A stretch of DNA of 64,000 nt from Candidatus Zixiibacteriota bacterium (GCA_043819555.1 JBDREQ010000003.1:96001-160000); one strand, 5' to 3'; positions 49,016 through 58,939 are shown, numbered from the stretch's first letter. The notes: a model not told the origin generated them from the letters alone. Numbers and translations: made by a program.

Positions 49016-51121
49016 ATGTCCTCAGGTCTATACATAAAAACAATCAGGTTTGAGAACTTTGGGCCGTTTAATGATTTGAACCTGTCTTTTGAACCTGGAA
49101 TCAATCAGGTTATTGGATCCAATGAGAGCGGTAAAACAGCGCTGATAAATGGGATCGTGACGGCTCTTTTGATACCCGCCGGGAAGTTTGATAGTATAAA
49201 GAGTCCGAATAGACTGTTATCTTCCAGAAGCTGCCTTGGGATTGTCATATCAAATCATCAGTTAGAATATATGCTTATCAGAGATTACGCGAATAAGACA
49301 GATAAGCTGCTTTTGGAAAACGGGGAAGAATATATTGGCGAATTTGTTGAGGGACAACTGGCACGCATATTTGGGAAGGGGTATTTATCCAGACTGTCTG
49401 ATTTAATTTGTTTTTCTTCTTACTCGCCTTCTGTGGTTGAAAATGCGGGGCCATTATTGCGGTATATTATGGAAGAACCAGTATTTGTTAATTATGACCC
49501 GGCAGGGATAGATAAAAAAATACAAGATGAAATTGAAAATCTTGAAAATGGTACAGGCGACGAATTAGATAGTCTGCCATGTATATCTGATAAAATAAGT
49601 GAGCATTTAAAAAAGATAACGTCAATTGAGACAAGTCTCAATCAACTTTACAGTAAAAATGAAGAATTGGAGCTGATCCGCTCCAAGACTCGAGAGCTCG
49701 GCACCGAAATTTCACAATTAAAATCCGAGATTGAAGGGGCGGTTGAGTACGGTCGAATCAATGGTCAGCTGGTTGATTTACAGGCAAGATTGGAAAGTCA
49801 TTTATCAATATATTCGCGCGCATCGCAGGTTGCCGATGATCTGGATCGCGTTGATAAGGAGATTAATAGGTTAAATATTCCCGATGCGGATGAAATGGAA
49901 GGCTTTTGCTGCCATAAGGAAACCCTTGAAGGAGTTATTGACGTGGCCAAAGACAAAATGGACAATTTAATTATTTTGAGGAATAACTCCGGGCGGGAAT
50001 TTGTCCTGACTTCGTTTCTTTTAGCATTATTATGTCTTGGATATGTATTTCAAATAATGGGCTATGCAAAAACCGGTTTTATATCGGGATATATTCCGAC
50101 GGCAATTTTGCTGATATTGGGATTCTGGTTTTTAAGATTGGGAAAGTATTTATTCCACCAGTCGAGGAAAACCAGGGCGACTATAAGATTCCGTGCGGAA
50201 GTTGCGCGTCTTGATGAATTTTATCGCGCTATTAACCGCAAATTTGGATTGGGTGCGGCCGATCCGGTAGAGGTTTTGCAGGGAGAGTTACGGCGAAAAC
50301 AAATATTGGAAATGAGTTTTGAAAACTTATCCGGGACGATTGGCCATCTATCGCTGGAAAAAGGCATGGGATATCTCGCCGAGATTAAGGGGAAAATGGA
50401 ATCAGAGTTGGCCGAGCTGAATCAAAAACTATCATTGGTCAAGAAATATGGCCCTGTCTCCAATAGAATTTCGGAACTGGATGAAAACTTGACAGCCCGG
50501 AAAGTGAGATTGAAGGCCCTAAATGAGAGAAATTCCGCATTAACTGAAGAATGCCGGAATATGGCCCGGCTCAAATCAGAACTTAAAGAGCTGGATGAGA
50601 AAATTGAAAGGCTTAAAGAAAAGTTTAAAAATCTCAATGAAAAGATTGAGGTATTGAAAATTGCCCGTTTGGCATTGCATCGCGCTTCCGATCGCATTAT
50701 TGAAGGTACGTATGAGGAATATACGAATCGTGCCTCTGAATATATAAGGCTTTTGACTTCGGGCCGATATGATGGCATTCGTTTTAGAAGAGAAATACAT
50801 ACATTCGAGGCAAAATTAAATCGATCTCAATCTTGGCAGGATGTGTCGCAATTTGAGTCTTTATCATTTAAGGAAGTGGCCAATTTGAGCATATTCCTGT
50901 CGATGGTTTCATCCAATCATAGAGTCAGACCATTGCCGATATTTTTTAATCAGGCTGATTCACGATTTGATATTGAAAGAAGAAGTAAGTTTTATAAAGC
51001 CTTAAATCAATTGTCTTCCTCGCGGCAGGTTATTTATCTGGGAACAGAAACGATAGACGTATTGGAAAACTCGCATTCGATTAATTTAAACTTGTCAAAT
51101 GTCCAATCCGCGATTGCCTAA
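49016..51121 (+). CDS. Rad50/SbcC(YhaN)-like coiled-coil protein with two TM helices and degenerate C-terminal ATPase motifs
   Basis: IRFENFGPF, Walker A GSNESGKT, long coiled coils, LTSGRY, RQVIYL. Confidence 0.75.
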   Translation: MSSGLYIKTIRFENFGPFNDLNLSFEPGINQVIGSNESGKTALINGIVTALLIPAGKFDSIKSPNRLLSSRSCLGIVISNHQLEYMLIRDYANKTDKLLLENGEEYIGEFVEGQLARIFGKGYLSRLSDLICFSSYSPSVVENAGPLLRYIMEEPVFVNYDPAGIDKKIQDEIENLENGTGDELDSLPCISDKISEHLKKITSIETSLNQLYSKNEELELIRSKTRELGTEISQLKSEIEGAVEYGRINGQLVDLQARLESHLSIYSRASQVADDLDRVDKEINRLNIPDADEMEGFCCHKETLEGVIDVAKDKMDNLIILRNNSGREFVLTSFLLALLCLGYVFQIMGYAKTGFISGYIPTAILLILGFWFLRLGKYLFHQSRKTRATIRFRAEVARLDEFYRAINRKFGLGAADPVEVLQGELRRKQILEMSFENLSGTIGHLSLEKGMGYLAEIKGKMESELAELNQKLSLVKKYGPVSNRISELDENLTARKVRLKALNERNSALTEECRNMARLKSELKELDEKIERLKEKFKNLNEKIEVLKIARLALHRASDRIIEGTYEEYTNRASEYIRLLTSGRYDGIRFRREIHTFEAKLNRSQSWQDVSQFESLSFKEVANLSIFLSMVSSNHRVRPLPIFFNQADSRFDIERRSKFYKALNQLSSSRQVIYLGTETIDVLENSHSINLNLSNVQSAIA

Positions 51122-51166
51122 AAATTCGCTTTATTTCCTCTTGTCATGTGATTATATTTAATTTCT

Positions 51167-51658
51167 ATGGTAAAAAAGAGTATTCAGTCTCCCTGGCGTT
51201 CAGAATTTATTTTGGGCGAAAAAGAGAAGGGTTGTCCTTTTTGCACTTTGGCAAGAATAAAAAGGCCGAGCTTTAAGAACCTATTATTGTATCAGACCAA
51301 AAAAAGTTATATCGTGATGAATAAGTTCCCCTATACGGGCGGGCACCTGCTTATTGTCCCTCGGCGCCATGTCGGGGTGCTTGAACGATTGACTGATTTT
51401 GAATCAACTGAAATGATGCAGCTCTGCCAATTATCGCTGAAAGTAATTAAGGGAAATTTGCGCCCGAATGCGTTTAATCTCGGTATGAATCTTGGGCAGG
51501 CGGCTGGGGCGGGAATACCTCGTCATTTGCACATGCATATCGTTCCGCGATGGATTGGCGATTCCAATTTTATGCCGATTGTAGGAGAAACTCGAGTTCA
51601 TTCAGTACCAATGGAACTAATTTATAAAACGTTATTCAGGGGATTTTCCAAATTATGA
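51167..51658 (+). CDS. HIT-family nucleotide hydrolase (Ap4A hydrolase/phosphorylase-like)
   Basis: CPFC, NKFPYTGGHLLIVP, GMNLGQAAGAG, HLHMHIVPRW. Confidence 0.9.
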   Translation: MVKKSIQSPWRSEFILGEKEKGCPFCTLARIKRPSFKNLLLYQTKKSYIVMNKFPYTGGHLLIVPRRHVGVLERLTDFESTEMMQLCQLSLKVIKGNLRPNAFNLGMNLGQAAGAGIPRHLHMHIVPRWIGDSNFMPIVGETRVHSVPMELIYKTLFRGFSKL

Positions 51659-53271
51659 GCCCGAGGCGGATGCCCAATAAGAACGAGCTTTTGCGATTGC
51701 AGAGATTATATCGTACCGATAAGCGCATTGCTGAGGTTTTAGGTAACGGTGTAACAGAACATCTGATTGCCTACTGGCGGCGCAAAAAAGGCATATCCAA
51801 TTATAGTTTTCCCAAATTTTCCGACAAAGAAATCCGGGAGATTTGGGATCGGTTTGGAGATGATTTTCATGCCGGGCTGGAACTGGGTATATCTAAGGCC
51901 GCGTTTTATAACTGGCGACGAAGATATAAGATAATCAAAAAACCCGAGGCTTTGAGACTGGAGCAGCTTTCGCTTGAATTATATACTCGGGATAATCGGA
52001 GCCGTTCTCGATTGGGTAAGGGGCGGCAGTCGATTATTCAAAAAATGGTTTCACAAAAGACTGGGGAAAAGGAAATCCAATGCGGGCAGGAATATGAAAT
52101 TGAACCGGATTTGGTTATTTTCGATCGGGAGGGATGGGATATCGTTCGGAAATTTCATGAACTTGGGATTACTTATGTTTGGAATTCCGGGCGCATAGTT
52201 ATTGCGCTGGACAATATGACTGAAAATCGGAACCAGGCCGAGACGGCTTCAACAGCAAAAATTGTCCGTGAATTTGTTCGCTTTCAAAATATTACCGGGT
52301 TTTGTGATATTGGTGAGGGTGATTTGTGTCTGGCGGTTTTGGAAAAGGGATTGCTTTTGCCGGGTCAATTGGCGCTGGGTAATTGCTTTCCATTGGCGGC
52401 AACAGGAGCTATCGGAGCGCTTTCTTTAAAAATGAATGGAAGCGAAATATCGGGAGTATTATCAACGGGCAAATATAAATTTAATGTACCCGAATCAATT
52501 AGGGTGAATTTATCCGGCCGCCTGCCCAGGTCAGTGTTTGCCCGCGACGTGATCCATCATATTATCTCAAGTCTTGAGAACGGGAGCTCTGAGAATAAGA
52601 TTATTGAGTTTTATGGCAGTGCGGTTGATCGTTTGTCTGTTTCCGAACGATTTACTCTGTGCGCCTTGAGTTCCGCAACTGGAGCGATAGGGGCAATATG
52701 TCCTTATGATGCAACGATCCGGCGGTATATAAATTCAAGGGTTCAGAAGGCGTTCATACCCATACTGGCCGATCGAAACGCCGCATATTCAGCTGAATAT
52801 ACGTTTGATGTGAATTCAATTAAACCCTGTGTGGCGGGCAGCAAATCGTTTAATAAAATCAGACCGATTGAGGAATTAAACGGGATTCCGATCCAATCGA
52901 TTTTTATTGGCGGTTCAGTTAACGGTAAATTTGATGATTTAAAAATTTCCGCAGAAATATTGAAAGGCAAAAAAATAGCTCCGGATGTCAGGCTCTTAAT
53001 CCAGCCGGGCTCGCGCGCAGTTTATCTGGAATCAGTCAAGAAGGGAATAATACGGGCATTTATTGAAGCGGGGGCGGTAATTGTTCCTCCAGGATGGAAT
53101 AACTCGATGAGCCAATCCAACTATCTGGCCGATAACGAAAAAGGTCTTTCGACTGACTTTATTGATATTTCTGATTTGGAGAAACAAATATATTTTGTAT
53201 CTCCTGCCACTGCTTCGGCTTCGGCTTTGACGGGAAGAATTACCAGTCCGGCGGGGTATGTTAAATTATAA
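51655..53271 (+). CDS. Tandem-HTH protein fused to a degenerate LeuC/aconitase large-subunit fold
   Basis: N-terminal TDKRIAEVLG...IAYWRRKKGI and LGISKAAFYNWRRRYKI; LeuC-like EFYG, ERFTLC, SPATASASALTGRI. Confidence 0.75.
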   Translation: MSPRRMPNKNELLRLQRLYRTDKRIAEVLGNGVTEHLIAYWRRKKGISNYSFPKFSDKEIREIWDRFGDDFHAGLELGISKAAFYNWRRRYKIIKKPEALRLEQLSLELYTRDNRSRSRLGKGRQSIIQKMVSQKTGEKEIQCGQEYEIEPDLVIFDREGWDIVRKFHELGITYVWNSGRIVIALDNMTENRNQAETASTAKIVREFVRFQNITGFCDIGEGDLCLAVLEKGLLLPGQLALGNCFPLAATGAIGALSLKMNGSEISGVLSTGKYKFNVPESIRVNLSGRLPRSVFARDVIHHIISSLENGSSENKIIEFYGSAVDRLSVSERFTLCALSSATGAIGAICPYDATIRRYINSRVQKAFIPILADRNAAYSAEYTFDVNSIKPCVAGSKSFNKIRPIEELNGIPIQSIFIGGSVNGKFDDLKISAEILKGKKIAPDVRLLIQPGSRAVYLESVKKGIIRAFIEAGAVIVPPGWNNSMSQSNYLADNEKGLSTDFIDISDLEKQIYFVSPATASASALTGRITSPAGYVKL

Positions 53272-53312
53272 AACTTTAGAATCAATCTCAGGCTAAACAA
53301 CAACCAATTAAT

Positions 53313-53771
53313 CTAAAAAAAATACCTGATTCCGATAGCTCCTTCGATATCAACCTCTGTTTCAGGATTCAAGTCAAGAACCGGAACTAATTCAAAGAAG
53401 ATCCCAAGAGGAGTGTTGGCCGGCAGATATTCCAAGCCAACCGGTATTCGTATGCCGACAATATCATCGGCCGGGCCTTCGGTGAATTTTATCCTACCGC
53501 CAATTCCAAAGTAGACAGGGAGTTCACCCTTTTGTACTTTTATAGCGGTGAAATTATGAACCAGGTAATCAAGGTGGAGGTGGAATGAATTTTGTTTATC
53601 AAGGGACCAGGCGGCGGCTGTAAAGGCTGTTTTTTCACCGGTCCAAAGCTTGAAAGATGGACCGGTTGGTTCACCCATAATAATGCCCAAACCAAAATCC
53701 CCATCTTTTGATATTGCGGTTCCAGAGGATATTAAAAATATCAAAAAAAAGACCGCCATTATTTTTTTCAT
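53313..53771 (-). CDS. Small outer-membrane beta-barrel protein
   Basis: Signal peptide, FGLGIIMGEPTG, GIRIPVG, ends GIRYFF. Confidence 0.75.
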   Translation of the reverse strand: MKKIMAVFFLIFLISSGTAISKDGDFGLGIIMGEPTGPSFKLWTGEKTAFTAAAWSLDKQNSFHLHLDYLVHNFTAIKVQKGELPVYFGIGGRIKFTEGPADDIVGIRIPVGLEYLPANTPLGIFFELVPVLDLNPETEVDIEGAIGIRYFF

Positions 53772-53848
53772 TTTGGGTACTCCGTTTTATTTAGCCAAAC
53801 GAGAAAATTTATCCTTATGCGGAAATTTAGTTTATTGAGGGATGTGAA

Positions 53849-54703
53849 TCAACAAATTTTCATGTTATCGATAAGGCGCACCGGACCGATTTTGACGGCC
53901 AGTGATATAATGGCATTCTTTTCGATTATTCTTACCACTCGGAGAGAATTCATTTCAGTGAACTCGATGTATTCTATATTTGCCAAAGGAGCCATTTTTG
54001 AAATAACTCTCTTCATCCGATTTTTAATTACAGCGACATTTTTCTCACCAGAGAGGTACATTTTTTTTGCCTGAATTAATGAGAGGTAGAGAGAACGGGC
54101 TTCTTGCCGTAGAGTGGGATTTAGGTAGCTATTCCTTGAAGACATGGCCAGGCCATCTTTCTCTCTGACAGTTGGGCAAATGATAATTTTTGTCGGCCAA
54201 TTAAGATCGGCAGTCATTTTCTTTATAATCATAGCCTGCTGATAATCTTTCATGCCGAACATGGCGAAATCGGGCTGAGTGATATTAAATAGCTTGGCCA
54301 CGATTGTAGTTACACCGCGAAAATGACCCGGGCGTTGTTTCCCTTCCAGCGAAGCGGTTAAATATTCGACATTCACATAGGTTTCGAAATCATCGGGGTA
54401 TATATCTTTTAAGCGGGGAATGAAGACGATTTGTCCCCCGGCATTTTTGACCTTTTGTATGTCCCCTTTTTCATCGCGGGGGTAAGTTTTCAGATCTTCA
54501 TAAGGCGAGAATTGCTCGGGATTGACGAAAATTGTTGTGACAACAATATTGGCTTTTTTCAACCCTTTTTTTATCAGGGAAATATGGCCTTCATGCAGGT
54601 AACCCATCGTCGGGACGACTGCGATTGTTTTTCCGGCGCGGATTGTTTTTTTTGAAAAAGCGCACAGGGATTTGATGCTGCGGATTATTTTAAAATTAAT
54701 CAT
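53849..54703 (-). CDS. panC: Pantoate-beta-alanine ligase
   Basis: VPTMGYLHEGH, FVNPEQF, FGMKDYQQ, GLAMSSRN, RLIDN. Confidence 0.96.
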   Translation of the reverse strand: MINFKIIRSIKSLCAFSKKTIRAGKTIAVVPTMGYLHEGHISLIKKGLKKANIVVTTIFVNPEQFSPYEDLKTYPRDEKGDIQKVKNAGGQIVFIPRLKDIYPDDFETYVNVEYLTASLEGKQRPGHFRGVTTIVAKLFNITQPDFAMFGMKDYQQAMIIKKMTADLNWPTKIIICPTVREKDGLAMSSRNSYLNPTLRQEARSLYLSLIQAKKMYLSGEKNVAVIKNRMKRVISKMAPLANIEYIEFTEMNSLRVVRIIEKNAIISLAVKIGPVRLIDNMKIC

Positions 54704-55533
54704 TCCATGAAAGATTCTTCTTCGCTTGGATAGTTTCCTGATTTGACGTCCTCCACAAATTGCCGGGCGGATTTGGCGATTTCTTCGGCGACATTCGCAT
54801 AGCGTCGCACAAAGCGGGGTTTGAATTCTTCATAAAGTCCAATAATATCATTAATGACGAGGACCTGGCCGTCACAATGAGGTCCGGCGCCAATTCCGAT
54901 AGTTGCCATTTTGACCTGTTTAGTGATTCCTTCAGCCAGTGGGGCGGTCATGAGTTCCAGTACACAGGAGAAACAGCCGACTTCATCGAGGGCAAGGGCC
55001 GATTCGATAAAATAATTCCTTCCTTTTTCACTACGTCCCTGGACGCGGGCGCCGCCGATGCGGTTTATCGATTGCGGTGTTAGACCGATATGACCCATTA
55101 CGGGGATTCCCAATTCGATAAGTTTTTTAGCGGTCGGCACGATTTCAAGACCACCCTCCAATTTGACCGCTTCAGCTCCAGCCTCTTTAAGGAAACGGCC
55201 AGCATTGACAATCGCGGTTTCCTGGGAGGATTGATACGACATAAAGGGCATATCGGCAATAACGAGCGTTCTCCGTGAGGCGTCGGCTACAGCGCGGGTG
55301 TGGTAAAGCATTTGTTCCATTTCGGCTGAGAGAGTATTATTTTTGCCGTAAATAACCATATTCAGAGAATCGCCGACTAAAATGGAATCAACTCCATTGT
55401 CCTCCAGGATTCGCGCGGTGTAATAATCATAGGCGGTTAAAACGGCGAGTTTTTCGCCTTTGCGTTTCTTTTGGAAAAAGGTTCGAGTCGTTACTTTATT
55501 ATTATTTTTCATTACAGACATGGCAGTGTTCAC
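54700..55533 (-). CDS. panB: 3-methyl-2-oxobutanoate hydroxymethyltransferase
   Basis: LTAYDY, ILVGDS, DMPFMSY, VKLEGG, HIGLTPQ, IGIGAG; true start may be 55521 or 55512. Confidence 0.96.
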   Translation of the reverse strand: MNTAMSVMKNNNKVTTRTFFQKKRKGEKLAVLTAYDYYTARILEDNGVDSILVGDSLNMVIYGKNNTLSAEMEQMLYHTRAVADASRRTLVIADMPFMSYQSSQETAIVNAGRFLKEAGAEAVKLEGGLEIVPTAKKLIELGIPVMGHIGLTPQSINRIGGARVQGRSEKGRNYFIESALALDEVGCFSCVLELMTAPLAEGITKQVKMATIGIGAGPHCDGQVLVINDIIGLYEEFKPRFVRRYANVAEEIAKSARQFVEDVKSGNYPSEEESFME

Positions 55534-55538
55534 CGATC

Positions 55539-56201
55539 CTATAATACCCGGTTATCGATATCCCCAGCGGGGGCGTAGTACATCGTTTGCGGTTGCGGTT
55601 TTTTTATTTGTTCAATTAAATCATCCAGATGATGGGGATTCTTGACAAAATCGATGTTATCGGTTTTGACAACGAGAAGCGGGATATCGGCATAGTGAAA
55701 GAAGAAGGAATTATATGCTTCATTAAGTTCATCAATATATTCGGCATTAATTGGTTTTTCAACGGATAGGTTTCTTTTGCGAATCCGTTTAAGTATAACA
55801 GAAGTTGAAGCCTGCAGATAGATTACCAGATCCGGCCGGGCAATATCTCGCTTAAGAATCGAGGCCATTTTTTCATAAAGGGCGAATTCCCGTTCTGATA
55901 ATGTAACTGAGGCGAAGAGGGCGTCTTTTTCAAAAATATAATCGGCGATTATGTGCTCGACGAATAAATCGCGTTCGATCAGAGATTGAAGCTGCTTAAA
56001 GCGGGACAGGAGAAAAAATATTTGGGTGGGGAAGGCATATCGTTTGCGGTCGCTATAAAAATCAGCAAGAAAAGGATTATTAAAAACCTCCTCAAGCATA
56101 AGATCGGCGTTGATCTTTTCCGCCAGTAATTTAGAGAGGCTGGTTTTTCCGACGCCGATTACTCCTTCGACGGCGATGTAACGAGGAATTCCGTCAGGCA
56201 C
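55539..56201 (-). CDS. Deoxynucleoside kinase
   Basis: IAVEGVIGVGKT, NPFLADFY, QIFFLLSR, PDLVIYLQA; GTG start with GGGAGG RBS. Confidence 0.92.
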   Translation of the reverse strand: MPDGIPRYIAVEGVIGVGKTSLSKLLAEKINADLMLEEVFNNPFLADFYSDRKRYAFPTQIFFLLSRFKQLQSLIERDLFVEHIIADYIFEKDALFASVTLSEREFALYEKMASILKRDIARPDLVIYLQASTSVILKRIRKRNLSVEKPINAEYIDELNEAYNSFFFHYADIPLLVVKTDNIDFVKNPHHLDDLIEQIKKPQPQTMYYAPAGDIDNRVL

Positions 56202-56697
56202 CAGAAGCCTCCCTGAATAAAACAACACCCTGATCACCGAGATCATCAATCAAATTTATCAGTGGCCGATGTTCAATCGGATCAATGATATCGGGATCGA
56301 TTTCTTTTAAGGGAATTAGAACAAATGCTCTTTGTTTCATGCGCGGGTGCGGAATTTCGAGTCGGTCGTTTTTGAAAACTCTTTCACCAAAAAGAATTAT
56401 ATCAATATCGATGACGCGATTGACATAATAACCTTTCCTTCTCCTTCCCAGAGATATTTCGAGCCGTTCGGTGAAATCAAGAAGTTGTCCTGGCTTAAGC
56501 GTACATTCCAGTTTGACAACTTTATTTAGAAATTCAGGGCAATTTTCAGGGCAATCGAGGGGAATGGAGCAATAAATCGATGATTCCGCCAGAAGTTTCA
56601 GTCCCATGGTTTCGCCAAGTTTTGCGGTTGCCCTCTTTAGATAATCGGCGCGATTTCCGAGGTTTGAGCCGAGAGATAAATAAACAATTTCACTCAT
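56194..56697 (-). CDS. folK: 2-amino-4-hydroxy-6-hydroxymethyldihydropteridine diphosphokinase
   Basis: YLSLGSNLG, RVIDIDII, PHPRMKQRAFVLIP. Confidence 0.95.
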   Translation of the reverse strand: MSEIVYLSLGSNLGNRADYLKRATAKLGETMGLKLLAESSIYCSIPLDCPENCPEFLNKVVKLECTLKPGQLLDFTERLEISLGRRRKGYYVNRVIDIDIILFGERVFKNDRLEIPHPRMKQRAFVLIPLKEIDPDIIDPIEHRPLINLIDDLGDQGVVLFREASGA

Positions 56698-57091
56698 GGT
56701 TTTCCTCCGGAGGAAGGAGTTTTTCCGGGGCAGGCTGGCGCCGCGTCACTTCTACTTCAATGTAGTCAATATTTCCATTTATGGGAGGCATAATTTTCCG
56801 AGTTTTTATGGTTACTTCAATAACATCAAAGGCGTTTAAAATTTCGTCGGCCAGATATCCGGCCAATCCTTCCAAGAGGGAAAATGATTTGTTCTGGACG
56901 ATTTCCGCAATAAGCTGATAAACCGCGGAATAGTCAATAGTATCTCCCAATGCATCGGTTTTTCCCGGTTGAATAAGATCAGCCAATAATTCACAATCTA
57001 CTTCAAAGCGCCGCCCGGTTTCCTTTTCCGAGGCGGAAACTCCATGATACCCATAAAACGACATATTGACAAGCCGTATTCTATCCATCAT
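56690..57091 (-). CDS. folB: Dihydroneopterin aldolase
   Basis: FYGYHGV...E, DTIDY, LLEGLA. Confidence 0.93.
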   Translation of the reverse strand: MMDRIRLVNMSFYGYHGVSASEKETGRRFEVDCELLADLIQPGKTDALGDTIDYSAVYQLIAEIVQNKSFSLLEGLAGYLADEILNAFDVIEVTIKTRKIMPPINGNIDYIEVEVTRRQPAPEKLLPPEENHE

Positions 57092-58250
57092 CTGATTTCC
57101 TCGCTTTTTGGAAGAAGCCGCCTGCGACGGAGATTGCTTTTTCATAAACTTCGCTTTGAGGAGTTAATGAAAAGCGGATATATCCTTCACCGTTTTCTCC
57201 AAAGGATATGCCAGGCAAAGCCAAAATACCACATTTTAAGTAAAGGAGGCGGCAGAAGCGTCTTGACTGCTTGCGGCCGGGCAATTTGGCCCAATAAAAA
57301 GGTCCCTGCCGAATCTGACCCGGCATTATGCGAAGTTTGTCACATAGTTGATCCGCCAAATACCTATTATGCGCATACATTTCCTTCAACTTGTTTAATC
57401 TCTCTGAATAATCGCTAAAGGCTCCAGTGGCACGATTAATTTGCCCTGATGATGGATATATTCCGAATCGCGACGCAATATGTTTAAGCGCGGAAATCAA
57501 AGCAGGCTGACCGATGGCAAAGCCTAACGATGGAAAGGAATTTGCGAAATTGTACGAATATGAATACAATTCCAGGCCGACTTTGCGTCCGCCGGGAACT
57601 GAAAAAACAGACGATGATTGTTCGTTCTCAGCAAGACCCTCGAAGGCATGATCCAATATAAGAATTAGATTATTTTTACCGGCCATGCGAACAAGTTTTG
57701 TCAAATCTTCCTTCGTTATTGATTGTCCGGAGGGATTATGCGGCGAATTTAATACCATGCCTCGGGCGACTCGAATCAAGCTTTCTGAAAACCCGGAGAG
57801 AGCGGGCTTAAAACCATTTCTTTCAAGGATATGATAAGGAACCGCTTCAGCGGAAGATATCGCGGCAGCGGCACGGTAATGCCAAATACCGGGGTCGGGA
57901 ATGAGAAGCAAATCGCCAGGGTTTAGATATGCCAATGAAAATAAAACAAGGATTTGACGAATGCTGCCTCCGATATATATTTCTTTGGCGGGATTGATTT
58001 TTGTCCCAAATCTATTCTGGTACCAGTCGGCTGTTTTCCGGTATAAGCTGTCAAGGTCAGTTTCAGTACTGGTATTCAAACCCTCTGGCTCGCTTTGAGA
58101 ATCTGGAGAACTTATCCATTCAAATCGGGCCAGATCCAATATTTCGTGCCTGATGAATTTTCTCTTTGATTTGTGCGGCAGAAAATCATCCACGACCGAA
58201 GGCAGATGATAAATCCGGTCAGCTTTCTCAAGAACGAGCTTTCTAATCAT
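57081..58250 (-). CDS. Class I/II PLP aminotransferase fold (DapL-like), catalytic Lys apparently absent
   Basis: LNPGD.LLIPDPG, LNSPHNPSG, PGISFGENGEGYIRFSL; SYSYNF where SxSK is expected. Confidence 0.7.
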   Translation of the reverse strand: MIRKLVLEKADRIYHLPSVVDDFLPHKSKRKFIRHEILDLARFEWISSPDSQSEPEGLNTSTETDLDSLYRKTADWYQNRFGTKINPAKEIYIGGSIRQILVLFSLAYLNPGDLLLIPDPGIWHYRAAAAISSAEAVPYHILERNGFKPALSGFSESLIRVARGMVLNSPHNPSGQSITKEDLTKLVRMAGKNNLILILDHAFEGLAENEQSSSVFSVPGGRKVGLELYSYSYNFANSFPSLGFAIGQPALISALKHIASRFGIYPSSGQINRATGAFSDYSERLNKLKEMYAHNRYLADQLCDKLRIMPGQIRQGPFYWAKLPGRKQSRRFCRLLYLKCGILALPGISFGENGEGYIRFSLTPQSEVYEKAISVAGGFFQKARKSDDG

Positions 58251-58939
58251 TAAAGTTTTTCCTGCCTTTTGTTTTTTTGGAGTATCTTGTTTCGCTGGTC
58301 AGTTTTACATGATTGCCTGATAGCCAAGAGTCTGTTCACTTCTGAATCCGTTAAATAGTCAATATCTCCCAACTGCCGGGAAAGATATAATATTTTTGAA
58401 TTATGTTCAACTACTTCGAGCAGATTAAGCGCCGATTCTAAATTTTCGCCGAAACAAACCAACCCATGGTTTTTCAATATAATTGCGTCGCATTCTTCAA
58501 TAAACGGAGAAAGAGATAGAGCAAGGTCATCTGTTCCGGGAGTCGCATATGGGGCCACCGGGATCTTGCCCGCCGAAATAACGGTTTCAGGCAAAATGTA
58601 ATTGTGATCCGATAATCCGGCGACTGAGAGCGCGGCAGTAAATGGCGGATGGGCATGAATGCAGGCATTAATATCACCTCGATTATTATATGCAAAAAGA
58701 TGCATTCTATATTCCGAGGAGGGTTTTTGTTTTCCTGAAATTTGATCTCCAACTAAATTAAGAGTGACCATATCTTCGAAATCAAGTAATTCTTTTCTTT
58801 TTCCGGAGGAAGTAATCATTATATTTTTCGATTCTAACCGCACAGAAATATTTCCTTCGCATGCAACAATTAGCCCCTTTTCATATAGAATACGTCCGAT
58901 ATTGGCGATTTTTTCGAATGCGAGCGATAATATTGACAT
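58250..58939 (-). CDS. Class II aldolase/adducin family protein
   Basis: EGNISVR, PSSEYRMH, IHAHP, LKNHG. Confidence 0.9.
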   Translation of the reverse strand: MSILSLAFEKIANIGRILYEKGLIVACEGNISVRLESKNIMITSSGKRKELLDFEDMVTLNLVGDQISGKQKPSSEYRMHLFAYNNRGDINACIHAHPPFTAALSVAGLSDHNYILPETVISAGKIPVAPYATPGTDDLALSLSPFIEECDAIILKNHGLVCFGENLESALNLLEVVEHNSKILYLSRQLGDIDYLTDSEVNRLLAIRQSCKTDQRNKILQKNKRQEKL

